Below, in pieces: positions 12,301 through 22,628 of a DNA stretch of 64,000 bases (within the stretch, counting starts at the first letter, position 1; every line of letters starts with the position of its first letter). Source of the DNA: Amoebophrya sp. A120 (Eukaryota > Protista > Dinoflagellata); assembly GCA_905178155.1 (NCBI GenBank), contig CAJINV010000007.1, positions 1,328,836 to 1,392,835 of the forward strand, written 5' to 3'. The notes beneath the pieces are model-generated. The model did no database searches. It saw nothing but the letters and a program-made list of their open reading frames with translations, and was not told the origin of the DNA. The position numbers and the translations under genes are program-made.

Positions 12301-15300
12301 GCGTACCATGATGTTCATGGAGGCAATCCTCGTCGCGTCGCTACTGGTGGTCCTGGTCGTCTTCCCCAAAGGCCCGGTCGGGTGGGGCTTGTTCATCTTC
12401 TCCATGCTCCAGTGGCCGTTTCAGTTGTTGGTGTTGCTACCGAAGATCATCACGAAGTTATCGCGAGGAAAATTGCCCCCTCCCCCAAGGTTGCAAAAAG
12501 TTGTGATGCGAAGTTTCCAAATGAAAAACTTTGCATGAAAGGAGTATGGATCTTTCTGATGCAGAGGCTAGGCGTGTTGCGCATCGCTTGCATGACAAAC
12601 GCCGCTCTTGCTGGGATCTTTTGCAATACAAATTTCCGCTATTCACGATCGAAAATCAGCACGCTGATTGATGCAAGAGGGCGAGTGTTTCACTTGGAAA
12701 GGTTTGCAATACAAATGCTTTCAAGTTCGGGGGTCGGGGCATTTTTCATTGTAATAGAAGTACTGCATCGTGTCCTCCATCGAGTGCTACAAGGACCACG
12801 AGCTGATCAACAAGGTCACGTTATCCGTGAAGGAGCGCCGCCTCCGGGAGGCGGTGTCCCTGATGCAGATGGTGAAGCTGCGCGGCCGCATCGAGCGGCT
12901 GGGCGGGCACCGGTTGTCCAAGCAGAAATTCGACGAGCTGTCCGAGAAATTCGACCACTTTTCCGAGGACAAGCTATTACAGTGCACAACTCCCCCTCGT
13001 TCTCATTTCTCATGCAAAACACCAACTCCACGCTTTCCCTCCTGTCACTATTATTTTTGGTAGCCCAAATCGCACTATGCCCCAGTGCAATTTGACATGA
13101 TGATACGTTTGCTGCCTTATGCTGTGCTCCTTTTCTTTGGCGCTAGCAAGGCAATAAGATTTCATTCTCATGTCTGATCGGCAAGATACTCTTCATCTTT
13201 TTAAATATTTTTAAGTGCTAAAACATGATATTTGTTGGGTGCCTCGCTTTCTTCTGCGCCTTTTTCCGCTGGGGCTCGCTTTCTTCTGCGCCTTTTTCCG
13301 CTGGGGCTCGCTTTCCCGCTGGGGCTCGCTAAAACATGATATTTCCGTCTTCGGGTGCCTCGCTTTCTTCTGCGCCTTTTTCCGCTGGGGCTCATCTTTG
13401 CATGACATCGGAGAATATCTCAATATAGAAACAGGGCTAGTAGAAATAAGTAAAAGTAAAAATTTTATTGGTTTACGTAACCGGGGGGCGGCTTGATGTC
13501 TGCGGCGGATGATGACAGTGTGCACACTCCTACAAGTATATGGCTGCCGGGCTGCTTCCCGGTCGGTCTAGTACAAATAAACATTTCGCCACTGATCCGC
13601 TAAACACCTTGCTGCCAGCCCCGCCCGCTCGGGGGTTAATTATCTCTAGACAGGGCACCAGCTGCGGTTGTCCTTTAGGGCGTTCGAGTCTAGATAAAAA
13701 ACTACCATGCGTAAATCTTCAATTTTGCATGGGCTCTTGGTGGCTGCTTCCACCGCGGGAGAGTATAAAAACGCAAAACATAAGTCATTGACCACTGGGT
13801 CGCTGTGACGCCGTGCCTGCACGCACCATCAGAAGTGCGACGAGGTGCCAATCGTGTTGATGCACGCACCATCAGAAGTGCGTTGATGCGCGAGGGTCGT
13901 GAATGAATGAATGAATTTGTAAGCTTATCGGCCGTTGTGCCATCGGGACTTCCTGCCCGCTGACCACCAATGTCATGCAAAACCGGCATTCGGGCTGATC
14001 CTGATGCTTGTATTGCTGTTCATGCTATACAAATGAGGGGGAGGGGGAGTTGTGCACTGTTATACAAGCAGCGCCACATCGAGAAGGCCTTCGTCCACAT
14101 GGATTTCGACCACTCCGGGCAGATCGGGGTCGAGGAGCTGGAGAAGTTGATGTCCTCGATGAACATTCTAGCCAATTCCGACGTGCACAAAAACGCGAAG
14201 CAGCTGGTGCACATGGTCGACATGGACAAGGACGGCATGGTCGATTTGACCGAGTTCAAGGTCCTGATGGCCCTCGCGTACGAGAAGCAGGACCCGATGG
14301 AGGAAATCCAGGACTTCGACAAATTTTTCGACCTCATCGACGTGGACATGGACGAGGCGCTCGCGTTCCAGGAACTCGCGCAGTTCTGCCGCGACAACTT
14401 CGCCATCCCGATGAACAACGCCGACATCGGGGAGCTGGTGTACCGCTGCTTCCGCACGGTGAAGGCGGAGTTGACCCGGGACGATTTTATCGTTTGGATG
14501 CGGTGGCTGCAGGACTGCGAGAAGGGGCAGATGAGCGAGGACGCGATGCGGGTGGATCGCGGGTTCGGTTTACTGTGAGGAAAAATCCCCCCTCCCCATA
14601 TTCAAAAGGTAGGTTTCTAAAAATTTGCGATGCGGGTTTGCGACCACAAATCCTGTCTCTGTTGCAAGAAGGCAAATTGAAAGAACCCGCCGCCTTATGG
14701 AGGCGATTTGTAGTGCTGTTTCACCTACATGGCAGGCCTCTGTCATGCTGAGCGCCTACAGCAAAACACCTCTACGCAGGCTGGGGCTTTGCCTCTAGTG
14801 CTTCACTGCAAGACAGGGCTGATTTCTGTACACAAATCCAGCAACAGAAGTTTCCGTTTCAATATGGGGAGGGGGGATTTTTCACTTTGATACGGTTCCG
14901 GCTCCGATCTGGACACGCCGGACGAAAACGTGGACCAGTCCGCCAAGGGGTTCGACCACGGCATCCAAGCGCCACTGCACGGCCACCACAAGAGCAGCGA
15001 CTTCGACGCGGACGGCGTGCGCACCTCGAAGCACCGCGACGACCCGCGCGAAGCGTCGACGGACGAAGATATCCTGGAGGAAGATGCTGACGAAACGCAA
15101 AGGCGAAGAACAAGTAACTCCTTCTTCTGGCGCAGCAGCGATGCGCCTGTGGTGGGAACAGGCGAGAACGCGCCCGCGTCGAAATCGCACCGGAAGTCAA
15201 CGAGGTTGAACAAGCGGGAAAGTGTGGGTAATGGCGCGGCGGTGAACATCAATGATGCTGTCGTTGTTCCAGTGGCGCGAGGGGGCGCAAGTCAACAAAC

Positions 15301-15802
15301 TCCTTCATCTACTGGAAAGAAGCGTCAGTCCCAGCACCGTTCCAGTGGCTTTTACTCGATCGATAACAAGCCGGTGTACATGACAAATGAGTCTAATCAG
15401 ATGGTCTCCATGCTGACGCAGAATTCCGTGGAACCGGTCCGGCTGGAAATGAGCACAGCACCTGCAACAAATAATGCTGACAGCACGACGATGTTGAAAA
15501 ACTCGTCAAAGACTGTGCCTTTACTTGCGAATCAGCAACAGACTGTAGTTGTGGACGAGCAGGAGGCCACTTGTGCGAACAACAAACCGCCGAAGAGGCG
15601 AGAGAGCACCAGTCGGCGGTTGAGCACGAAAGCGAATACCGCGAACTCGCCTGCTATGCTGGCGCGCGGGGACACTCAGCAAGGCTTGCCGGTACCGCCT
15701 TCTTGGCAGAGGGAACAGGAGATGCAGGCGGAAAAAAAGGCGCGCTTGTTGCTGATGGGAAAGTCGGAAGTCCCGGGGAACCTGGAAGGCGAGTTTGTGT
15801 GA
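9347..15802 (+). CDS. MLO-family membrane protein fused to EF-hand domain, with long disordered C-terminal tail
   Basis: MLO-like motifs ILSLLFE...GELTVLGFIG, VHMCIFCVMMVF, HDRLFHF...MFMEA; EF-hands DFDHSGQIGVEEL and DMDKDGMVDLTEF. GT-AG introns 10020-10228, 10588-10766, 11053-11324, plus 5 introners. Confidence 0.75.
11460..11679. mobile_element. Introner, family C
   Basis: TIRs; direct repeat CAAGA; DK-KGRK restored. Confidence 0.92.
12017..12242. mobile_element. Introner, family D (TIR TATSCAAGAAAAAAACT)
   Basis: TIRs; direct repeat AGCAC; PHEH-DRLF restored. Confidence 0.9.
12459..12756. mobile_element. Introner, B-related
   Basis: TATCGCGAGGAAAATTGCCCC...GGGGCATTTTTCATTGTAATA; direct repeat GAAGT; TK-YCIV restored. 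Confidence 0.88.
12975..14064. mobile_element. Long introner, family I (TIR TATWACAGTGCACAACTCCCCCTC), 1090 bp
   Basis: 24-bp near-perfect TIR; direct repeat CAAGC; EDK-QRHIEKAF restored. Confidence 0.9.
13215..13395. repeat. Short tandem array inside long introner
   Basis: Three copies of CTCGCTTTCTTCTGCGCCTTTTTCCGCTGGGG plus a truncated one; GCTAAAACATGATATTT occurs twice. Confidence 0.85.
14571..14892. mobile_element. Introner, family B (inverted relative to 3821 copy)
   Basis: TIRs (left end TAC variant); direct repeat CGGTT; GFG-SGSD restored; similar to 31020-31319. Confidence 0.92.
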
Positions 15803-16559
15803 TTTTTCGGATCATCGATTGGTGCTGCTGTCCTCTTAGGTGCGAGAAGATGCCCGTAGCTGCACCATGCTAGAAGTAGCATTCCCTTTGTGTATAGATT
15901 CATTGTTCCACCCCAAATGTTGGTATGTACCGCTATGAAGAACTACCCAAAGAAATCTTTCAATATTGGTGTACTATTTTAGCCGTAACCAAAGCCATAC
16001 ATAGATAAATCCAATTATGTCCTACTTACTACCCACGTTGTTGTCACACGTAAATGATTCATTTCAACAAGAATTCTAGTCACGTTTCGGTTTCTGTATC
16101 GAAGAAATTAATACACAGATTTCTTCCATATTAGGAACAAACGGCTTATAATTTCTTTTGCAATGACCCCGGACGTACGAGTGACCCCCAATCGCTGTAG
16201 AAGCTGCACTGGACCACTGCGATGTGAGTGGGAAGGTGATCCGAATCGATGCTGTGCTAGAGGCTCGTGTCGCAGCAACATCAAGTTTCGCACTCACAGA
16301 AGAAGCTGATTGAACACTTATCAATATGGTCGGAGTACTAGATCCAACAAAAGTACTAGAACATGCTTCCCGCTGAACCTGGATGGTTGCTGTTGCAAAT
16401 GCTAACAGTAACTACAGTAACTTTCAATACGCATACGGTGGTCCGCCGGTCTCGGTTGTCAAAAAAAAAATTTGCAGTTATAATATTTGCTTGCTAGTTG
16501 TGGTCCATTGATCTTCTGGTAACCAAATGCGTCCGCGCGCGGCTCCCCAATTGCCGAAA

Positions 16560-17085
16560 CAAATCCGATCGGTTCTTCAATATCGGTGTACTTAATCAGC
16601 CTGGTGAGAAGGTGAAACGTGAAATGAGGATCTTAGCTCTATTCGCCCGATGTGCAGTTCTTCAGTTTAATCAAGGATCCCCAGGAGCATCAAAGTTGTG
16701 CTTTCCAGTATAAAACAAGGAAGATATCGGTAAGCGTAAAAAACTTCTTCACGCGACGACCTCATGCAAGGATCCTCGGAAACGGAAATGAATTCGATCA
16801 CCGATAGATCTGCACGAGTAAACGCAAAGTGTTTATCACCGGTCGGCCAAGCATCAAGGCACATCGATATAGAACAAGCAGCATTCATCTCCATCAGGAA
16901 CGAGTGGCAGCATTGATTTGGAAATCAGGTTCTTAATCCTTAAGTTTTAGAAGAAATAATCCTTCCTACTAGCCTTACATTTGTACTGCTGGGCCTCGTG
17001 TCTTGCTGTATTAGGAGCGAATCAGTTCGAACACAAAGAGTATTCTTACAAATTTTCTGGCCTGGTACGCTCGACCGAACTCAGG
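16560..17085 (+). repeat. Diverged ~0.5-kb direct repeat, copy 1
   Basis: Shared blocks with 21011-21570, e.g. GAGAAGGTGAAACGTGAA.TGAGGATCTTAGCTCTATTC, CAAGGATCCTCGGAAA, ATTCATCTCCATCAGGAACGA. Confidence 0.8.
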
Positions 17086-17193
17086 TATCAAAAAAAGCAA
17101 GACTTGCTTCCGCCAGCGGAAAATCATACCAACTCAAGCTCTGAAGTCATTGGCAATTTTTATATCTGCGCCTGCAGTGGAAGCGAAGTCGAA

Positions 17194-18048
17194 ATGTTGC
17201 TGGTTACGACGAAGACTCACCTGCCGCGCGGGGTCATGCTGACAGCCCTGGCCGTCGTGGGGGCCGCGTATTTTGCGCCCGGCCTTGTGGACGGTGTCGG
17301 CTTACGTCCGGCCTTGCGGACGTTCAGCACAGAAGATTCGCATGAGATCCTCGTACTCGTTGGACTTGGGGACAAGACAGAGACGTTGCCCGGGAACACC
17401 AGCGCTGCCGAGGCGGCGCAAAAGCTGCATGACATGGCTGCGGGGCTAGCGCTAGTACCAGCAAACGATGCAATTACCTACGGCCTTACAACGGTGACGG
17501 TTGATAGTCTATTGCAGGACCCTGATCGCACGGTGGGCACTATCCTCCCAACCGGTACTGCGATGATTCGCTTGCTTCCTGGGGGCCCGCTCTTGTTCGA
17601 GGAGATGCCTGCCAATGGTCTCTGGAAGCCCGCTGAAGTGCGGCAAGAGGGCACTTGGGCGGTGCCGTCTGACAAAGAATCTGAAGTTGAATTTATTATT
17701 CGCACGGTTTTGGGAATCAGCACAGACGACTTGATTAAGGATCGGTACGCCGCCGCAGCTAGAAAAAAATACAACCTGTCGGGACCTAAACTCGACCTGT
17801 ATCTGATGCAGCTGCGCACACAAGCGCAAGCCCATCTTGAGAAGGCTCTTCCGACCATCGAGAAGCAGGAGGAGGAAGACCCAAAGCGCAAGTTGGACCA
17901 CCAACGCAAGCTGGTCGAGTTGATCTTTGCGTGGCGGAATTTGAACGGGTCCAAGGGCTGGGAGGGAGATTCAGAGTTCGACAAAGATAACAGGCTGATT
18001 CAGATTGCCGTCGAATCGATAATGTTCCTTTTCGATGATTATATGTAG
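17194..18048 (+). CDS. Hypothetical protein with predicted N-terminal signal peptide, intronless
   Basis: 284-aa ORF from ATG 17194; hydrophobic stretch VMLTALAVVGAAYFAPG; no family recognised. Confidence 0.55.
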   Translation: MLLVTTKTHLPRGVMLTALAVVGAAYFAPGLVDGVGLRPALRTFSTEDSHEILVLVGLGDKTETLPGNTSAAEAAQKLHDMAAGLALVPANDAITYGLTTVTVDSLLQDPDRTVGTILPTGTAMIRLLPGGPLLFEEMPANGLWKPAEVRQEGTWAVPSDKESEVEFIIRTVLGISTDDLIKDRYAAAARKKYNLSGPKLDLYLMQLRTQAQAHLEKALPTIEKQEEEDPKRKLDHQRKLVELIFAWRNLNGSKGWEGDSEFDKDNRLIQIAVESIMFLFDDYM

Positions 18049-18511
18049 TGAGGTCACCGAACGGTTCTAACCAGGGAGTTTCTTTGCCACCTCCCGTGAA
18101 AAACGACCGGCAGTTTTGAAGCCTGTAGAGAGTTTTTTTGCATGAAAAAGATTCCAGCGTGCAAGCCTGTTTGGCTTTGTCGGCACCGAATCGCAAGCGG
18201 ATTCTATCGGTCGCCGCTTGAAAAAACGACGCAGGGGAGCCGGCAAAAGGGGCGCCCTTCGGAGGCGCCCACCGCCTTGGTTTCTGGCGATTTGGGGCGC
18301 CCAAAAGGGCGCCCGAAAAAAACGCGCCCAAAATCAGAACAGCGAAACAGCATGACACGGCCGCGATTTCGGAGCATTTTGGGCGGCCGCGAAAGCGGCC
18401 GCCTTTTCGCCGGTTTCAGAGCCTGGGAAGCTTTGCAAAAAGCGCGGGCGAGAAAAATAAAAACGCAAAAAAGAAAAAGCGCGCCAGACGCGCAAAGCCA
18501 ACCCGCATGCT

Positions 18512-19495
18512 ATGGGCCCGATTTTTCCTCGCTTTTTGGGCGCCCCCTGTGGCGCCCGGATTGGCCTCATAGCATGGGGGCTGGCTTTCGGAAAGGAATT
18601 TCAAAAATTTGCCAAGATTTGCGACGCTTATCAGACGGCCGCCATACCGTGGGGCCTAACTTTACCCACGCCGGTATGGCGAGCCCAGAAAAAGCAAAGC
18701 CGCGGCCAAGGCGACGGCCGGCAAGAAAACGCCCACGACCTCACTATCTCCGCCCCGGCGGCTATATTTGGTACTACCCGTGACACGAATATGTGGGGAC
18801 CACTGGCGTTCAGTTATTTGTGTACGTACTACGGCTTGGTGACTGGGGAGTTTCGAGACGCTCTAAAGCGGGCCTGGAAAACACCGGTGGGGACTTTGGC
18901 TTTTCCTCCGACGGAGATTCGGCGCGACATAGCAGAACGGGCTTCCGAGGCGCTGCTTATGCTCCGTGTTGATGACGCGGGTCGCGTCGCGTGTCATGGG
19001 GTCGAGGCGAACAAGGACTCCAGTGATCGTGTTTGGAAAGACCTGCGGAGAGCGAGATTCTGGGAAGCGGCGACAGCAAGCCATCTAGAGGATATAGAAG
19101 CTTTGTTGTCGTCGGGCGTCGATGGTAGGGGGCCCGTACGCTTTTTTAATCGGAAGGGGAGGCTAGCGGAGATCACAGCGAGTCGGGTGCAAAACGAGCG
19201 CAACGAGCCCGCGGGCAATTACCTATGTCGCAGAGATGGGGGAGGTGGACGCAGGGAAGTGCCCCGGACTCTAGTGCCCATGTCTCAGGCCGACCTTCGC
19301 CTTGGGTTCGAGGGGCTGAAGAGCGCTCTGGCCGAGACGGTGGAGGATATCAACAAGACAGTGGACAACCGTTTGAGAAGGCTGAACGTCGCGCAGAGCA
19401 GCAGTGTTGCCGGGCCGGTGCCGGGGATGACGGGTGGGCAGAGGCGCCCCGCCACTTCGGGGCGCTGCAGGCTATCGTCATGCAAAATCTCCTAA
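18512..19495 (+). CDS. Hypothetical ORF in GC-rich region
   Basis: 327-aa ORF; the part from ~18790 looks protein-like, the 5' part resembles GC-rich noncoding sequence; no domain recognised. Confidence 0.3.
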   Translation: MGPIFPRFLGAPCGARIGLIAWGLAFGKEFQKFAKICDAYQTAAIPWGLTLPTPVWRAQKKQSRGQGDGRQENAHDLTISAPAAIFGTTRDTNMWGPLAFSYLCTYYGLVTGEFRDALKRAWKTPVGTLAFPPTEIRRDIAERASEALLMLRVDDAGRVACHGVEANKDSSDRVWKDLRRARFWEAATASHLEDIEALLSSGVDGRGPVRFFNRKGRLAEITASRVQNERNEPAGNYLCRRDGGGGRREVPRTLVPMSQADLRLGFEGLKSALAETVEDINKTVDNRLRRLNVAQSSSVAGPVPGMTGGQRRPATSGRCRLSSCKIS

Positions 19496-21010
19496 TTTTT
19501 TCTACCGCGATCGCCTTTCGAAGATTTTGTGTACAACTACAATAACAATAACCAATATAAAAGGAGCACTGCTCCGAAGCAGAACTTTTGGTCGTAGCAA
19601 GGTTGACTTGAAACCTACCGGAGCTTTATTGCGCGCCGCTTCGTGTTTTATTTTTTCTGGCCTAAGCCATTCATAAGTAAAAGTAACCTAGCCAGGTCTT
19701 GTTTTTCTTTTTTGTCGAAGAAGCTCCGACAACGTGGGGCGAAAGAAAGACCATTCCCGAACGGTTTTCAACGGTCGGTGCAGTGGAGTCGTAATTACCA
19801 TAGAGCAGCATAGTGACATTTTGAGTAAGTACAGGAAACGTCATATTTGTCATATGGTAGCAGAACGGGCTGCAACATCCTGAGCCAGTTTAAGTCGTCG
19901 AACATGATGTATGTTTACGGCAACAGAAATCCGAACAGTATGCGCAAGTATACGTATTTGACGAGCATGATGTTTAAGATACGACAACAGAAATGAACAG
20001 ATTTTGAGCAAGTGCAGCAAGTAGTTTGCTAGCGCGATGCTGCAATAGAACTAAATCAGGTATTTTTTGACGGATCTACCACACCCCTTTTTTACGCTGT
20101 TAGTGTTTTTTTTTGCAACGATAGCACGCTGAATTTTTCTGGACTCCCTGCGGGCCATCGTTTTCGCCTTTTCAAGACGTCAGCGGGGAGAAACTGCAGC
20201 AAAGGAGCAGCACCACGAGTGAAAGGCATAAAAAGCTCGCACTTTTCTTCGTTTATTTTTGTCTTGTCCTCTTAACCTTTTCACGACCTGAGATTTGTCT
20301 TAAGGTCAAAACTGTCATGCTCTTTGTGAGCTCGACCACCCGCGGCCCGTCACAGGACTATAAATCTAGAGCGTAGGCGCACAGTTGCGTCAAGATCTTT
20401 CTAGAGCAAAGCTACTAGTCCGAAGAGAGCCAGTAAGCTGAGAGTTTTAGCAACAGGCCGAGGAATTTAAGCCCCTAGTTTTGTTTGTGTTAGATTATTA
20501 TCCTCGTAAGTCTTTCCACACTAGCTTTTATTTTTGTAAGAGCTCTCACACTGAGAAAAAAATCAGAAGATTTTGAGACGCCTCTTGGACTTTCTCCAAG
20601 AAACATCGGAAATCGGAAAGCGGTCCAGCAGCTCACCAATGTACAACCCATGTAGTTCATCAGCCGGCAACCGGCAATGATTTGTTTGGATGGTCAATGT
20701 TGACCGCAAGAAAATATCGCAAACTGCAACACGAACAGGAGTGCAGCGCTGTGGAGATATTTTAGGAAGGAAGAGAAAATAAAATCCTTGCGGAAACAAA
20801 TAAACCGAAGGGCCTTTTCTGCTTTCTGCCGCAGAATGGAAGGGAGCGGGGCCTGATGCACGGTGTTCGTCCGAACAAGTGCTTTCGTCCGCCTTCCACG
20901 TGTTTTCTTCTTCTGAAGACGGACCATCAGTCATCGCCTCTTCAGAGTACCGGGCCAGAAATTACTTTGCTTCAGTGACTGTGCGTCATCCAGTCGTTTT
21001 TTTGCCGAAG

Positions 21011-21570
21011 CAAATCCGATCGGATCTTCGACGATATCGGTGCGCTTAATCCGCCTGAGAAGGTGAAACGTGAAGTGAGGATCTTAGCTCTATTCATCCG
21101 GCGGTGTGCAGTTCTTCGGTTTAGTCCATGATTATTAGCCTCAAAGGAGTTGCGGTTGCGCTTTCCAGTATAGACCAAAGAAGAAATCGGTGAAGAAGTT
21201 CTTCGCGCGACGACATCACGCAAGGATCCTCGGAAATGAATTCGATCGCCGATAGATCTTTGCGAGTATATTCAAAGGGTTTATCACCTGTCGGCCAAGC
21301 GAGGACGAGAGGCAATCGGTATACAACAAGCAGAATTCATATTCATCTCCATCAGGAACGAATGAAAACATTGATGATTAATCCTATCCTCATCCTAGTT
21401 CTGGCTTTCAGGTTTTGATGTTTGTCGAGAACCCTTCCTACTAGGCTCGCATTGTACTTGTAAGTAGGCCTGCTGTTTGATTTGCTTGCTAGTCGTCCTT
21501 TGGTACAAGTACAACAAGCATTCGTGTGGTACAGAAAGAAATTTTCCTCGGTCAAGCGAACGCAGTCAGA
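21011..21570 (+). repeat. Diverged ~0.5-kb direct repeat, copy 2
   Basis: Colinear with 16560-17085, with many substitutions and indels. Confidence 0.8.
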
Positions 21571-22628
21571 AATTTACGATCGGTTACTTGCATTGACAGC
21601 TGCTCTCAACCTACGTTTCGTTGCAAGAATCGTAAAAATTCTGGAACAAGTACTCGGTCGACGATTGCCTTACTGCTCGGTTTTGTCACAGAGAGAGACT
21701 CGTAGAAGTAGTACTTACCCCTTGCTTTGCTCAACAAACCATGCACCGCCATCCATTATGTTTCTATGCGTACAACCAGTACCAGATCGCTTTCGCTTCT
21801 GAACAATTGGTTGCTTGTCTCCCACGAAACAGGTCGGGCGTGGCCTCCAGGCGATGCATTTTTTCCCACCAATTCAAAAACCCCATGCCCGTTTTTTTTC
21901 TCATTTATATAGCATAATTTTTTTACTTTTTTCCAAAAGTTAAAGTCTCACTATGCCGGTCCTTTACCTTATTGCATTCCATAATTTGCGATACCAATTT
22001 TTACTGGTTGGGCGTTTCTTATTCTTCCTACCATAAAAATTCCTGCACACAGGAGTGTCATAACAATTTTCCAGTAATACGAATTTATTATTGCGTCTGC
22101 GATGCAAGACAATGTGAGTGTGACATCACATAGGTAGAATTGTTAACCAAGCTATTGCATGAGTCTATAATGCATCGTACAATTTATGTGTGAAGGTTTG
22201 TGAATTTATTTCCGTAGATAGTACAGGCAAGCGGCCTTTCATATTACGGTTGTCTCGCCCGAGGTATTTACTCGATTTTTACAGCTGCACAGCGAGATTC
22301 GATATTTTATTAGTACTGCTTTTTAACCTTCGAGATCGAGATATTTCCAGAAGGATCGAAAAGCTGCAAGTGGACCACCTGGACGAGCTCTACTTGCACC
22401 ACTTGATGTAATAACTTTCGTTTGTATAGTCCGTTTCCACCAGCGCCAGCAATTTCTATTTTTTTTTTACTCTGCTTACCCGGTGGAGGAATTGGAGGAG
22501 CTTGCTTTTCAAACCAGCACCGGAGTTGTAAAGCCGCAGGGAAAGAACAATAAGAACCACATCAAACAACTTCAACAGCAGCCGATGAACCCAGTGCCCC
22601 TCGTCCTCCTTCTCACGTAGTAGAACAA

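Noticed and set aside
13215-13395. Possible CRISPR array
   Set aside because: Units are adjacent without unique spacers, the context is eukaryotic, and no cas genes are present.
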